In this document: piece by piece, positions 1 to 10,360 of the stretch
How the letters are laid out: each line of letters opens with the position of its first letter
Numbering within the stretch: the first letter of the stretch is position 1
Assembly (NCBI GenBank): GCA_030596465.1
Contig: JAUVJW010000002.1
Coordinates: forward strand, 1 to 39,949
Length of the DNA stretch: 39,949 nucleotides
Source: Candidatus Fermentibacteraceae bacterium
GTDB lineage: Bacteria > Fermentibacterota > Fermentibacteria > Fermentibacterales > JCC-6
Direction of reading: 5' to 3'
Notes under the pieces: model-generated
What the model saw: the letters and a program-made list of their open reading frames with translations, nothing else
What the model was told of the DNA's origin: nothing
The model's database searches: none
Made by a program: the position numbers and the translations under genes

Positions 1-375
1 ATTAACTCCAATGAATATGTGTTTTGCCTTTCTTGATTCAGCAATACCCAGAGCAATCGAAAGAAATACAGTGTTTCTGGCAGGAACATAGGTGGAAGGT
101 ATCCGGTCTGAAATACTTTCCCTGCTTTCAGGTACTGGAATATCCCCCGTGAGTGATGAGCCCTTAAAAGGCTCGGGATCAAGATCAATGACTATGTGCT
201 CTTTCACACCGAAGTGCTTTGCAATGACCTCTGCCCTGCTCAGTTCCCGGGTGTGTTTCTGACCATAACTGAACGAGAGCGCGGTAACCTCCATGTTATC
301 ATCTGCTGCCATGGCAAGTACAGTGGTGGAGTCCAGTCCTCCGCTGAGAAGAACTACTGCTTTCTCTCTGTTCAT
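1..375 (-). CDS. queC: 7-cyano-7-deazaguanine synthase QueC, N-terminal ~125 aa (3' end runs off the window)
   Basis: My own reverse-strand translation from the ATG at 375 gives MNREKAVVLLSGGLDSTTVLAMAADDNMEVTALSFSYGQKHTRELSRAEVIAKHFG...STYVPARNTVFLSIALGIAE. It has the SGGxDS PP-loop and YVPxRN motifs typical of QueC. It is absent from the ORF track because there is no stop in the window. Its start forms an ATGA overlap with the upstream stop (372-375). Confidence 0.85.
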   Translation of the reverse strand, partial: MNREKAVVLLSGGLDSTTVLAMAADDNMEVTALSFSYGQKHTRELSRAEVIAKHFGVKEHIVIDLDPEPFKGSSLTGDIPVPESRESISDRIPSTYVPARNTVFLSIALGIAESRKAKHIFIGVN

Positions 376-1637
376 TCTACCACTATTTTCATGTCTTTAA
401 TCTTTGTAAGCAGGGTTCTGTAACTAACTCCAAGTATCTCTGCCGCTTTTCTGCGATTGCCGCCAGTCTCCGCGAGAGCTGAAGAAATCAGAGCCCTCTC
501 CTTTATCCTCGCTGCATGAGCTGCCTGCTCTACCATTGAACCATCAGACTTGTGTTCAGGGAATTCAAGCATTTCCTCTGTAATAGTTTCCTCTGAGGAA
601 TTGATACATGCCCGCCTGATAAGATTTTTCAGCTCTCTGATGTTTCCCGGCCAGGTGTAGTTGCGCATTGCACGAAGAGCGCTCTCGGCAAAGGAGTTAC
701 CACGATACATTTCAAGATAATGCAGAGCGAGAAGGTAAATATCATCTCCTCTTTCACGAAGTGGTGGCAGTTGTACAGGAAATTCACTGATCCTGTAAAA
801 GAGATCTTCTCGAAACAGCTTTCTTTGAACCATACTGTGAAGATCCCTGTTACTGGCCGCAATAACCAGAGCATCTGATTTCAATTCCTTCGTTCCGCCA
901 ACTGAGTGGTATGTGCCTGATTCAAGTACCCTGAGAAGCTTGCCTTGAAGAGACATGTCCAGATCGGCTATTTCGTCAAGAAAGATAGTACCACCTCTGG
1001 CAATGGTGATCCTTCCGGGACGAGCCTCTGTTGAACCCGTGTATGCTCCTTTTTCCGCTCCGAACAGCTCACTCTCCATGAGGTTCTCTGGTATTGCGGC
1101 GCAGTTCACCGGCACAAACGGACCGCTTGCCCTGCCTCCGTACTGGTGAATTCTTCTGGCAAGTAATTCTTTGCCTGTTCCGCTCTCCCCGAGAATAAGA
1201 ATATTCATTCCACTTGTTGCCGCTCTTTCTGCCCTGCCAACAGTTTCAAGATAAACAGCGGATCTCCCGAGCATGGACTCAGAGTGATCGAAAGAGGCAG
1301 ATGAAAGTTTCTCAAGCAGTTCGTCCAGCTTGAATGGTTTGCTGATAAAATCAGCCGCGCCTTTTTTCATGGCATCTACCGCCATATCAATGGTACCAAA
1401 GGCAGTCATTACAATAACAGGAGTACTGGACGGCGCGTTGCTGAGAACATCAATACCATTGTACCTGCCTGGAATACAAACATCTGTGAGGATTGCACTG
1501 TATGTATTCATCCGCATACTTTTCAGCGCAGAATCACCATCAGAAACTGCTGTGACTTTCCATCCGTCTTCCTCAAGAGCGGTGGAAAGCATTACTCTCA
1601 TTCCTCTTTTGTCCTCAACAAGGAGTATTTTTTTCAT
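372..1637 (-). CDS. sigma-54-dependent response regulator (REC + AAA+ sigma-54 interaction domain + Fis-type HTH), NtrC/AtoC family
   Basis: 421-aa ORF. REC domain (ILLVEDKRGMR...ILTDVCIPG), Walker A GESGTGKE, GAFTGA-like loop EKGAYTGS, Walker B TIFLDEI, and C-terminal HTH GGNRRKAAEILGVSYRTLLTKIK. The start shares 1 nt with the kinase stop (TGATG). Confidence 0.9.
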   Translation of the reverse strand: MKKILLVEDKRGMRVMLSTALEEDGWKVTAVSDGDSALKSMRMNTYSAILTDVCIPGRYNGIDVLSNAPSSTPVIVMTAFGTIDMAVDAMKKGAADFISKPFKLDELLEKLSSASFDHSESMLGRSAVYLETVGRAERAATSGMNILILGESGTGKELLARRIHQYGGRASGPFVPVNCAAIPENLMESELFGAEKGAYTGSTEARPGRITIARGGTIFLDEIADLDMSLQGKLLRVLESGTYHSVGGTKELKSDALVIAASNRDLHSMVQRKLFREDLFYRISEFPVQLPPLRERGDDIYLLALHYLEMYRGNSFAESALRAMRNYTWPGNIRELKNLIRRACINSSEETITEEMLEFPEHKSDGSMVEQAAHAARIKERALISSALAETGGNRRKAAEILGVSYRTLLTKIKDMKIVVE

Positions 1638-3268
1638 CAGTTACCCTCCAGATAGGGAATATTTACTGTAAATACTGCCCCCCCGTCTTCCCTGTTTGCG
1701 GCCCTTATCGAACCCCCCATAGCTCTTACAAGCCTTCTTGTAATGGTGAGCCCCAGTCCCATTCCCCCCTGGGATTCCGCAGTTGTATACATGGGTCTGA
1801 AAACAACCTCTGACTGTTCAGGCAAACCTGAACCTCTGTCAAGTACATTAAATATAAGAGCATGTTCTTCTGAAGAATCATATACAGTTACCTCTACAGT
1901 AGACTGTGGTGCAAATTTCAAGGCGTTTGACAACAGGTTCTCCATTATCTTTGTAATGAGTATTTCACCACCTGGAAGAAGTGCGTCCCGGGTGATGTCT
2001 TTCTTGCTGTTTACCGAACATGTTACAGATTGACTCTCACATATCTCCGCGATCAATGAGACCGCTTTTTCTGTATTGATGGTACTTTCAAAGGAGTTCT
2101 GCTGCGCAAGATTCCTGAATGCTTCCACCATTTTCCTTGCTGAGTCCAGTTCCAGTGCTGCTTCATCAAGAATTCCCCTTGTTCGCTGAGAATCCCCGCC
2201 TCTGCCAAGAAGCTCCAGAAAACCGTCAATGGCACAAAGAGCATTGCCAATTTCATGAGCAATTCCTCCTGAAAGAGCGCCGAGATCGGCAAGAGCACTC
2301 TCCTCGGCAAGCCTTCTTTCAAGCATTACCGAAGCACTGACATCTGTAACAAGAACTATCCTCTCCTCGTTCTGTCCGGGTGTAACTTTGAATCTGAATA
2401 TTTTACTGTTGTCTCCACCATCCCACTCGGTAATGCCTTTTCTCAGATAAGGTGCGAGATGATCTATAAGACTGCTGCTGTTATCATCTTCCCCCTGGAG
2501 TTGAAATAAATCTGATGCCTGCTTGTTCCATAGAGAAGGATTTCCCTTTGAATCAATAACCAGCACTGAGGAACCCATAGCCTCGAGAACAGCACCGGAT
2601 CTTGATTCTGCCGCCTCTGCCCTGTTTAACGCATCCAACCTCATCTCGTCCAGTTGAGAATCCCGCTGTCCGAGAAGGTCTACCAGCTTCTGAAAAGAAA
2701 CATTAGCCGCCGTGGCAGTACTTCCACTGCCACTTTCAAAGCGATCAGCCTCACCAAGTATGCTTCTAAGTGGATCAAGAACAGTCCGCCTGAGAAATGA
2801 CGGCACCATTATCGCGACAACAGTAAGTGTCACGGCAAAAAAAGCAAACAGAATCAGAATTATCGTACTTTCACCCAGAACAGATGGCATTTCCATAAGA
2901 AGAGATACTCTGTATCCATCACCGGATGAATAAGTAATGCGATCGGCGTGTTCAAGTTCATCAAGGCTGACTGATGGATAAGCGAGTACATCCGAGTTGT
3001 CAAAAACAACCACAGCGGCCTTTACACCACCTCCAGGAATAGAAGAGCTTACTATTGACTCAAGAGAGTTCTGTGTAGGCCTGACGCCCAGTGCGTGTGA
3101 GATATACTCCGCTCTGGAGTAAGAAGCGCTCTCAAGAGTTGTACGGGCATCGGAAACAACAAGCCACAGAACGAGAAAAGCAACAACCGCCGCAAGAGCG
3201 GAGGCCCCGCTAACAAAAGCTGTAAGCCCCTCAATCCCCAGAACAAAACGCCGCGCGCCACTTTTCAT
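1637..3268 (-). CDS. membrane sensor histidine kinase (two TM segments flanking a ~110-aa outside loop, PAS-like region, HisKA, HATPase)
   Basis: 543-aa ORF. H-box GGIAHEIGNAL, N-box LLSNALKFAP, G-boxes DRGSGLP and GGMGLGLTI. Hydrophobic segments lie near aa 10-40 and 135-160. ATGA overlap with the upstream GT2 gene. Confidence 0.85.
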   Translation of the reverse strand: MKSGARRFVLGIEGLTAFVSGASALAAVVAFLVLWLVVSDARTTLESASYSRAEYISHALGVRPTQNSLESIVSSSIPGGGVKAAVVVFDNSDVLAYPSVSLDELEHADRITYSSGDGYRVSLLMEMPSVLGESTIILILFAFFAVTLTVVAIMVPSFLRRTVLDPLRSILGEADRFESGSGSTATAANVSFQKLVDLLGQRDSQLDEMRLDALNRAEAAESRSGAVLEAMGSSVLVIDSKGNPSLWNKQASDLFQLQGEDDNSSSLIDHLAPYLRKGITEWDGGDNSKIFRFKVTPGQNEERIVLVTDVSASVMLERRLAEESALADLGALSGGIAHEIGNALCAIDGFLELLGRGGDSQRTRGILDEAALELDSARKMVEAFRNLAQQNSFESTINTEKAVSLIAEICESQSVTCSVNSKKDITRDALLPGGEILITKIMENLLSNALKFAPQSTVEVTVYDSSEEHALIFNVLDRGSGLPEQSEVVFRPMYTTAESQGGMGLGLTITRRLVRAMGGSIRAANREDGGAVFTVNIPYLEGN

Positions 3269-4092
3269 TTATGATCTCTCTTAAATTTCAGGTAGTCTCT
3301 GTACCCATTTGTAAAAGCTCTGTTTCTTTTAATTACAGCAATGAAATAATGAACCGGCAACCAGAAGGCTCTTGATATTCTTCTTGCCGGTGAATTGCAG
3401 TTGTTATCCATGAAAATGAATCTGTTGCGCTCTCTCAGGGTTTCCGACTCCGGAGATCCGCCCATGGTTGCAGCATGCATGTGTTTTACAGTTATGTTTC
3501 CGCATCTCTTCATGTTGTATCCGGCACTGTGCATTCTTACACCCATATCTGTGTCCTCCCAGTATATGGGAGCATACATGGTACTGAGTCCTCCCAGTTC
3601 TTCCCATACATATCGTTTCCAGACGGCACAGGCCCCGGAAGGGTACTCCTCTCCGGGAATACTCTCTCCTGTCACGGCCAGGCCATGCCTGAAGGCCCAT
3701 CTGAAACTGCTGTCGTCGGAACCATCCGGTCTGGTTATTGACGGTACCACAACCGCGATATTCTCCTCCGATTCCTCCAAAGCGAAAACAAGTTTTTCAA
3801 AAGCGTTTTCTTCAGGAATCGTATCATTATTGAGAAGCATGAGATAGCTGCCGGTGGACCTGGACATACCCAGATTAACGGCATGGCAGAAACCGGGGTT
3901 CTGTTTTCTCAAAAGCAGAGTCACCTCAGGGAACTGTTCTGGAATTTCACTTGAGGTGCTGTCGGTGGAACAATCATCAACAACTATCACTTCACCCTGA
4001 ACTCTCTGAGTCTCGTGTATTATAGCCGGAAGAAATTTCTTTAGAATCAAAAGGCCGTTTCTGGAAGGCACTATAACCGAAAGTTTCTTCAT
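3265..4092 (-). CDS. glycosyltransferase family 2
   Basis: 275-aa ORF. N-terminal LSVIVPSRNG...VIVVDDCSTDST and LLNNDT (DxD-like) motifs typical of the GT2 GT-A fold. ATGA overlaps at both ends. Confidence 0.85.
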   Translation of the reverse strand: MKKLSVIVPSRNGLLILKKFLPAIIHETQRVQGEVIVVDDCSTDSTSSEIPEQFPEVTLLLRKQNPGFCHAVNLGMSRSTGSYLMLLNNDTIPEENAFEKLVFALEESEENIAVVVPSITRPDGSDDSSFRWAFRHGLAVTGESIPGEEYPSGACAVWKRYVWEELGGLSTMYAPIYWEDTDMGVRMHSAGYNMKRCGNITVKHMHAATMGGSPESETLRERNRFIFMDNNCNSPARRISRAFWLPVHYFIAVIKRNRAFTNGYRDYLKFKRDHK

Positions 4093-6092
4093 GGCAGAAC
4101 AATTTCTTCTAAGACATCAATTCGGTCAAAATAGACAGGTGATCCATTGTGATGCAGAATGCGAACATTTCCATTCTCTATATCATTGCTGTCAAGTAAA
4201 ACAGTGAATTCCTCCATCAATCTGTTTTCCGGCCAGTCAGGTAATATTCTTTCCGATCTGCCTATTGACCGGAATAAAGAAGGCATTTCAACAAGTGGTG
4301 TTTCAACATTGATAAGATCATCACCAACAGAAAGCACTCCTCCTCCACTGGACATCTGAAGCAACAGTGTATCGCCCGGTTCCACGCCCGGCAACAGAAT
4401 TGACTGTCCCGGCTCGCAGAGTTCAAGCATTCTCTCGCGGCTGTTAAACCAGAAATACCTCTCAACCGGATCCGAAATATACGGATAGAGTGACGCGCCC
4501 TGAACAATCCCGGGTGACATATCCTCAGCCTCATATCCACCGGCATTAAGAGTTAGAAGAAAAGCACCGGCGAATATGATTGCAAAGAAAATTGCCCTGT
4601 ACTTCTCCGCTTTTCCAAGAACCAGAAGCATGGAAACTGAAAGAAGCAATGGCGCCAGCAACTGAACCGGATGACTTCTTACCATGGAGAACCCGCTTGC
4701 CACTCCCAGGACGGTGAGAATGCTGTCTGTTCCATCAGCGTAATTGTATCTGCAAATTGGAGATGCAATGACAAGAGCTGATATTGCTATGGATAGAATT
4801 ACTAGAAGTCTGGTTTCCCTTTTCTGCCAGACAGCGACAAGTCCACAGCCGAAAAGAGGAAGCATTGGCACAAACATCCTTCCAACCGGCGCAGGGAGAC
4901 CATGCCATGAGGGGCCGGACCAGATAACGAGAAAAACCCAGTAAAATACAGACGGGATGAAAAGCCGTTTGAATCGGTCAGATTGCTTCCTGCTGAAAAT
5001 GAATAAACCCGAAATGGCCGCAAGTATCCATGGAGCCCTGAAAAGAAGACCGGCCTCAGGGTCAAAAAGACTCCAGCCTCCATGAACAATGGTTGTAAAA
5101 GGTCTGTGAAATATATTTACCCAGATCAATCTGACAGCCTCAATATTCCCATATCGAGACCAGAAAATCAATCCATTCAGCAGATACCTGTCCACCGCAA
5201 GAATCAATGTCCCCGCTGATAACCACACCAGAGGTGTAATCCACTTCCATTTTCTCCCCGGAATACATGCGTATTCAGCAATAAAGATACCGGCGGCAAG
5301 CCCGATATATCTCATTTTCAAAGCCACAAGAATCAGTGCTATCAGAAATCTCGCTGCTGTCCATTTTTTTCCTTCGGGCAGCAGAACTCCTGCGGTAAAT
5401 AACCCGACAGCCAGCCAGCCGGTCATGGCCAGACCGAAAACACCAAAACCCGGATAAAGCAAGGCGGTAACCACCGCGATTCGCGGACCGGTTAGTTTTG
5501 CCATAAGAAGAATTGCCAGTAAGGCAAAAATTACAGGCACAATTCTCAGACCCGAATCGCCTGCAAGTAACCCCGGAGCTATAAGAAGAGGAAAAAGCGG
5601 GGTATGGTGTCCCTCTGTACCGCTGATATCACCGGATCTTATATGGGTCTCTGAAAATGTATCACTGGAAATACCTGATAAGTCGGAAGCCTGTTCAGCA
5701 AACCTGACCTCATCACCATTGATCTCCGCCGTAAAAAGGGAAAGAAGCAGCACTGGCAGTATTGCCCTTATTACTCCAAAACGACCGTTTTCCGATATGG
5801 AAATGCTCCATGTTACAAGACCGGCAACAGGCACTGCCGCAGTAATAATCCACCCACTGGGATACAACATCCATAGCCATGCTCCAACAGTAAAACTCAG
5901 TACAACGGGGAAGAACCATCTTCCCCGGTTTATCTTCCCGTTCAGGATTGCAGCCACCAGCCATGCAGCCGGAATAATACGGCCCGCGAAGCCAGGGTCA
6001 GGCATTCCCGCCAGACGCCATGCGACAAATATCCAGACGCCGAATCCCGCCATTACAAAAGAGTGCGGATGGCTCCTGATGAACTTCCTCAC
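4089..6092 (-). CDS. large polytopic membrane protein, putative GT-C-type (polyprenyl-phosphate-sugar dependent) glycosyltransferase with C-terminal soluble domain
   Basis: 667-aa ORF with a GTG start in a GTGA overlap. At least 10 hydrophobic segments by eye. An acidic motif AEINGDEVRF opens the first large hydrophilic loop, and the last ~130 aa are non-membrane. The function is inferred from topology and operon context only. Confidence 0.45.
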   Translation of the reverse strand: MRKFIRSHPHSFVMAGFGVWIFVAWRLAGMPDPGFAGRIIPAAWLVAAILNGKINRGRWFFPVVLSFTVGAWLWMLYPSGWIITAAVPVAGLVTWSISISENGRFGVIRAILPVLLLSLFTAEINGDEVRFAEQASDLSGISSDTFSETHIRSGDISGTEGHHTPLFPLLIAPGLLAGDSGLRIVPVIFALLAILLMAKLTGPRIAVVTALLYPGFGVFGLAMTGWLAVGLFTAGVLLPEGKKWTAARFLIALILVALKMRYIGLAAGIFIAEYACIPGRKWKWITPLVWLSAGTLILAVDRYLLNGLIFWSRYGNIEAVRLIWVNIFHRPFTTIVHGGWSLFDPEAGLLFRAPWILAAISGLFIFSRKQSDRFKRLFIPSVFYWVFLVIWSGPSWHGLPAPVGRMFVPMLPLFGCGLVAVWQKRETRLLVILSIAISALVIASPICRYNYADGTDSILTVLGVASGFSMVRSHPVQLLAPLLLSVSMLLVLGKAEKYRAIFFAIIFAGAFLLTLNAGGYEAEDMSPGIVQGASLYPYISDPVERYFWFNSRERMLELCEPGQSILLPGVEPGDTLLLQMSSGGGVLSVGDDLINVETPLVEMPSLFRSIGRSERILPDWPENRLMEEFTVLLDSNDIENGNVRILHHNGSPVYFDRIDVLEEIVLP

Positions 6093-6868
6093 AATCGCTC
6101 ACCTCCGGCTGTCGCATGGATTACCGAGTGGTTGAAAGGCTTAAAATCCCTCATTAATGAAATGGCCAGGCTGTCTCCGGGAATCATGGTAACACTCAGA
6201 GTATCAGTGCCCGATGGGAGTAACAGAATTTCTTCTCCCAGACGAATAGCCATCATTGGAACGGAATCTCTTACTCCGCCGGCCTCAAGAGCTATCCATA
6301 CAGCCCATGTGCCTTCAAAAGGAGCTGGAAGCAGAACTTCGGGTCTGGAAGTGTTCACTTCCGGAATATCGTAATCGATAACTCCGTCTTTTATTGTTGA
6401 TCCGGCAATTACAGGTTCCACTGCCAGTGGTCCGGGTAAACTGAAAAATACTGCTGAGAGTGTAAAACCAACAGGAATAAGAAAGTACCTGAGGTGTTTA
6501 TTGCCAATAAAAAAAGCAGCGGCAGCCACAACCGCAAGAGGTACTGAATGGGAAACGGGTATCAGCCAGAGAGTGGATGCGACCGCGATAAAACCGGCAA
6601 TCCTGATTTTCATTGTTCTTCCTGCAGTACAGGCAGGCAATCCTGACACCAGCATAGCCCATGGCATAAGAGCCGGTGAGATCAGACCAACCAGAGAACA
6701 GCCCAGTACAATTGGAAACAAGACAGATCCAGACGATAATCCAAGAAGTGTAAACAAGGCAATCAGGGGAAGTGAATCGGCAGAAAACCCCCTGAAGAGG
6801 TTTACAGCTGCCCAGGCATTGTACCCTGAAAGCATTACAAGGACTTCTCTGTTGTCTTTTGTCTTCAT
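6089..6868 (-). CDS. membrane protein of unknown function (about 5 TM segments + ~100-aa C-terminal soluble domain)
   Basis: 259-aa ORF with ATGA overlaps at both ends. Hydrophobic N-terminal two thirds. No motif I recognise. Confidence 0.6.
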   Translation of the reverse strand: MKTKDNREVLVMLSGYNAWAAVNLFRGFSADSLPLIALFTLLGLSSGSVLFPIVLGCSLVGLISPALMPWAMLVSGLPACTAGRTMKIRIAGFIAVASTLWLIPVSHSVPLAVVAAAAFFIGNKHLRYFLIPVGFTLSAVFFSLPGPLAVEPVIAGSTIKDGVIDYDIPEVNTSRPEVLLPAPFEGTWAVWIALEAGGVRDSVPMMAIRLGEEILLLPSGTDTLSVTMIPGDSLAISLMRDFKPFNHSVIHATAGGERL

Positions 6869-8046
6869 ACTGTTCTGACCTCAACTCTGTCTGAAGAAGA
6901 ATCACAGTGAATGTAAACAAGAGGAGGGCTCTTCGCCAACCTGACTTCCCGTGTTGCGCCGGCGGGGATGCAGAATCTGTTCAATATTGTACCCTCTCCG
7001 CTGGAAATGACGCCAGTAACTGAGTGATTAAGGGCTTTCATGTGAAATATCGCAGACCCTCCATCTGTTCTGATACCGCCCCATGGAGAAACGGTATTAC
7101 CCTTCCAGCCCGGTCCCCTGGAATTTTTTTCAATTCTTGATAGTGGATAATCCATGGGATTACCGAAAAGAATTGCTTTTATCTCTTCAGAAACAGTTAC
7201 TGTATCTACCTTTCTCTTTGTTGTTTTTGCCGTTAAAACAAATCGCCATAAGGGGAACCTACCCTTAAGCATGGAATAAAGAACTATTCGTGCTTCTCTT
7301 TTCCACCAGCGGGCAGAAAGCCTTCCATTTCCCAAATACCTTCGGAACATGCGAATGGAAGATTCCAGTTCCCACTCAATGGCACTCTGTCTTCTGCTTG
7401 AAGCGCCCACCATATGGGCGGCCTCCGCAGCCCGGACAACTGCCAGCTTCCATCCGTCCGCACCCAGCCTGAGGGAAAGATCCGCGTCCTCAAAATACAT
7501 GAAATACTCTTCATCAAAACCGTTAACACCCCTGAGTGCTTCGGTTCTCCAAAGAGATACAGCGGCGGTGATTGCCGGGACTTCAAGTGGAGTTTTCAAG
7601 GGAGACAACTCCAGATGCATAAACCTGCTGTCCCATGCTTCTCCGTATTCCGTGAGAAAAACACCACTGGAAACCGTAACCTTTTCCCAGCCCCAGAGTC
7701 TTACCAGCGGTTGCGCGCCTGCGTATCCCCGGTTCTTTTCAAGAAAAGACACAAGATTTTCAAGTGATTCCGTGTCTATTGAAGCATCACTGTTAAGAAG
7801 AAGTACATATTCGGTGTTCACCTTTTCGAGGCAGCGATTGTTTCCAAAACCGAAGCCATGATTATCTCCTTTAATAATAAGTGCATCCTTCAACAGCCTG
7901 GAAGCCTCCTGTACGGAGCCATCGGTGGAACCACTGTCATAGATCACGGTTTTCAGATCAGCCGGAAGCGAATTTATGGTTTCGGCAAGTTGAGAAACCA
8001 GTTTCTCTCCGTTATACAGAACCACAACCACTGTTACATTTTTCAA
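6865..8046 (-). CDS. glycosyltransferase family 2 (rhamnosyltransferase-like) with ~110-aa C-terminal extension
   Basis: 393-aa ORF with a TTG start in a TTGA overlap. Motifs VTVVVVLYNG...VIYDSGSTDGS...NHGFGFGNN...LLLNSDA are typical of WbbL-type GT2. Confidence 0.8.
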   Translation of the reverse strand: MKNVTVVVVLYNGEKLVSQLAETINSLPADLKTVIYDSGSTDGSVQEASRLLKDALIIKGDNHGFGFGNNRCLEKVNTEYVLLLNSDASIDTESLENLVSFLEKNRGYAGAQPLVRLWGWEKVTVSSGVFLTEYGEAWDSRFMHLELSPLKTPLEVPAITAAVSLWRTEALRGVNGFDEEYFMYFEDADLSLRLGADGWKLAVVRAAEAAHMVGASSRRQSAIEWELESSIRMFRRYLGNGRLSARWWKREARIVLYSMLKGRFPLWRFVLTAKTTKRKVDTVTVSEEIKAILFGNPMDYPLSRIEKNSRGPGWKGNTVSPWGGIRTDGGSAIFHMKALNHSVTGVISSGEGTILNRFCIPAGATREVRLAKSPPLVYIHCDSSSDRVEVRTV

Positions 8047-9275
8047 TACAGTCTCTCCTGGATACTTTCGTAAAATCTGTCGGTGACTTTATACCATGTG
8101 TATTCAGCCAGTGTTTTACCGCGCCCACTCTGTCCCATGGCAATTGCAAGTTCTTCATTGTTTAAAAGGGTGGATATTTTGTTTGAAAGATTCTCTGTAT
8201 CTCCAAATTCCACAAGAAACCCATTCTTGCCATGCTGTATAAGATCGGGCATACCTCCCGCGTTGCAACCGATAACAGGCTTTCCGGAAATCCATCCGTC
8301 AAGCAGAACTATACCAAAAGCATCCAGTCGTGACGGAGCGGCAACTATCCATGCGGCATGAAAAAGATGCTTCCTGATCTCTTCACGGATATAACCTGTT
8401 ACAATGAGATTTCGCTGAGGTATCTCTTCCGATCTGGCATCAAGGTGTTCTCTGAATTCTTTCTGAACCGGTCCCGCCAGCACAAGAATGAAATCTTCCC
8501 CCCTTTTCCACAGGTCAATTGATGAATCCAGCAGAGTATTTGACCCTTTGTCGCGGCAGTGGGCAGTAACGCTCAATACGATTTTTTTATCATGAGGTAT
8601 GGAAAACACCTTCCTTGCCTGATCTCCTTCCGCACCCTCCCATTCACGGGGATCAATACCACTGCCCAGAACAAGAATCTTTTCCCTGTCAACACCACAC
8701 TCATTTTTGTAAACAGATGCTTCAAACCTGTTCTGCGCGACAACCAGACTCGATTGCCGGAGAACTTCCGGCTGATTCCCCGCAAAGTAATGAAGAGGTT
8801 CAATTCGGTGACCGGGGGTTCCCAGGTTCGCGTGAGGTACTGATACCAGAGGTACATTTTTCCTTTTTGCATATCTGTATCCACCGTAAAGAAGAAAGGG
8901 CATGGCATTTGCATGAACAAGATCAAAACCATCCGCCGTCTTTATCCATTTATCAAATTTCGGAATAAATGGATTCGGATAGAAGTACCTGTCAGGACCC
9001 CCTTTTTTCAACCTGCGCAGCACCGCTCTGAATACATTTTGTACCGGAAGATGCAGTACAGGAAACCGTATGATATTAACACCGTCTCTGGAAAAACTTC
9101 CCGGATGAATATGTCTTCCTTGTTTTGATATCAGCCACGACATATCCCATGCATCTGTTGCGACAACTGTTGAGGTATGCCCCCACCTCTTTCCCGCAAG
9201 AGCGTGTTCCCAGACATATCTCTCCGCGCCACCATGATATGGCCATGTTCTGTGAATCAAATGAAGTATTTTCAC
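8043..9275 (-). CDS. glycosyltransferase family 4 (GT-B fold)
   Basis: The ORF track gives 8043..9323. I prefer the GTG at 9275 (VKILHLIHRTWPYHGG...), which forms a GTGA overlap with the upstream stop and gives a typical GT4 N-terminus. C-terminal motif FGIVLLDGWISGKPVIGCNAGGMPDLIQHGKNGFLV. Confidence 0.8.
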   Translation of the reverse strand: MKILHLIHRTWPYHGGAERYVWEHALAGKRWGHTSTVVATDAWDMSWLISKQGRHIHPGSFSRDGVNIIRFPVLHLPVQNVFRAVLRRLKKGGPDRYFYPNPFIPKFDKWIKTADGFDLVHANAMPFLLYGGYRYAKRKNVPLVSVPHANLGTPGHRIEPLHYFAGNQPEVLRQSSLVVAQNRFEASVYKNECGVDREKILVLGSGIDPREWEGAEGDQARKVFSIPHDKKIVLSVTAHCRDKGSNTLLDSSIDLWKRGEDFILVLAGPVQKEFREHLDARSEEIPQRNLIVTGYIREEIRKHLFHAAWIVAAPSRLDAFGIVLLDGWISGKPVIGCNAGGMPDLIQHGKNGFLVEFGDTENLSNKISTLLNNEELAIAMGQSGRGKTLAEYTWYKVTDRFYESIQERLY

Positions 9276-10360
9276 AGGAGACTCCTGTAGAAATTCATGG
9301 CTTTTTCTCCTGTGTCTTTCCATGTAATTCTGGAAGCGGTTTCCGCCTTTTCTCTTAGACTGTCCGCAATAACTCCATTAGCCATTTCCCTGATTGACCT
9401 TACCCATGGTTCTTTTTCAAGTACGGGAAGAATTAATCCGTTTTTACCGACAGTCTCCGGCAGTGCCCCTCCATCAGAGGAAATAACCGGTGTGTCGCAG
9501 GCAAAAGCCTCAAGTACGGGTAAACCCAGCCCTTCGCTGCTGCTGGGAAGAAGCAGAGCGGTGGCGCCCCTGTAAAGCGAGAGAAGCTCGTTGTCGGAAA
9601 CATTTTTCAGAAATACGACTCCCGCGGTGTTTTCAACAATCTCATCCCCCCACTTTTCTGCACCGGCAAGAACAAGCTTCTTATCTGTCCCGGCTTCCCT
9701 AAAGCAACGGATAAGAAAGGGGATGTTTTTCCTGGGTACATAACTGCCTGCATGAAGAAAATAGTTGTCTGTCGCGAGATTAAACTTATTAAGAATTTCC
9801 ATATCCGGTTTTCCAGGGGTAAATATTTCTTCTGCCGCGCCATCCGCATAACCGACTCTTTCCGGAGAGATATCAAAAAGATTCTGCGCAATGGAAGCAG
9901 CCCAGCTGCTTATGGCAAGAACTGCCGCTCCGGAATCTATAAGATTTTTCAATTTGTCTGCGTAAAACAAGGTCTCTCGGGTATGAGATTCCGGTGAAAC
10001 CCAGGGTGTATCATCAAAAAAAGTAACAACCTTGTGTCTTCCGTAACCTTCCGGCTGAACGCCGGACAGGTGAATAATGTCAGGTATTCCCACTGCCTTT
10101 TCAATCCTTGACGATCTGCTCTTTTCCAGCATTCCATGACTCAATAGAATTCGTCTGATCAACGGCAACCTCATCCATAACGGTGGTGGAATAACGGTGG
10201 CGTCCGGTACAGTACAGATGTGTCCGGGATGGGTTTCAGCAGCATCAATGGAGATATGATCTCTGCTTATCCGGAAAAGACCGTTTGAAAGACCTCTGAC
10301 CCACCTCCCGACTCCGCCTCTGCTGTGAGTGCATACCGTAATATCAAGAACTGTCCTCAT
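9272..10360 (-). CDS. glycosyltransferase family 4 (GT-B fold)
   Basis: The ORF track gives 9272..10378. The internal ATG at 10360 (MRTVLDITV...) forms an ATGA overlap with the upstream stop. C-terminal motif SSSEGLGLPVLEAFACDTPVISSDGGALPETVG. Confidence 0.8.
   Translation of the reverse strand: MRTVLDITVCTHSRGGVGRWVRGLSNGLFRISRDHISIDAAETHPGHICTVPDATVIPPPLWMRLPLIRRILLSHGMLEKSRSSRIEKAVGIPDIIHLSGVQPEGYGRHKVVTFFDDTPWVSPESHTRETLFYADKLKNLIDSGAAVLAISSWAASIAQNLFDISPERVGYADGAAEEIFTPGKPDMEILNKFNLATDNYFLHAGSYVPRKNIPFLIRCFREAGTDKKLVLAGAEKWGDEIVENTAGVVFLKNVSDNELLSLYRGATALLLPSSSEGLGLPVLEAFACDTPVISSDGGALPETVGKNGLILPVLEKEPWVRSIREMANGVIADSLREKAETASRITWKDTGEKAMNFYRSLL

Noticed and set aside
196-423. A 75-aa plus-strand ORF at the left edge.
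   Set aside because: It lies antisense to the queC N-terminus, which has unmistakable PP-loop motifs, and it crosses the queC/regulator junction.
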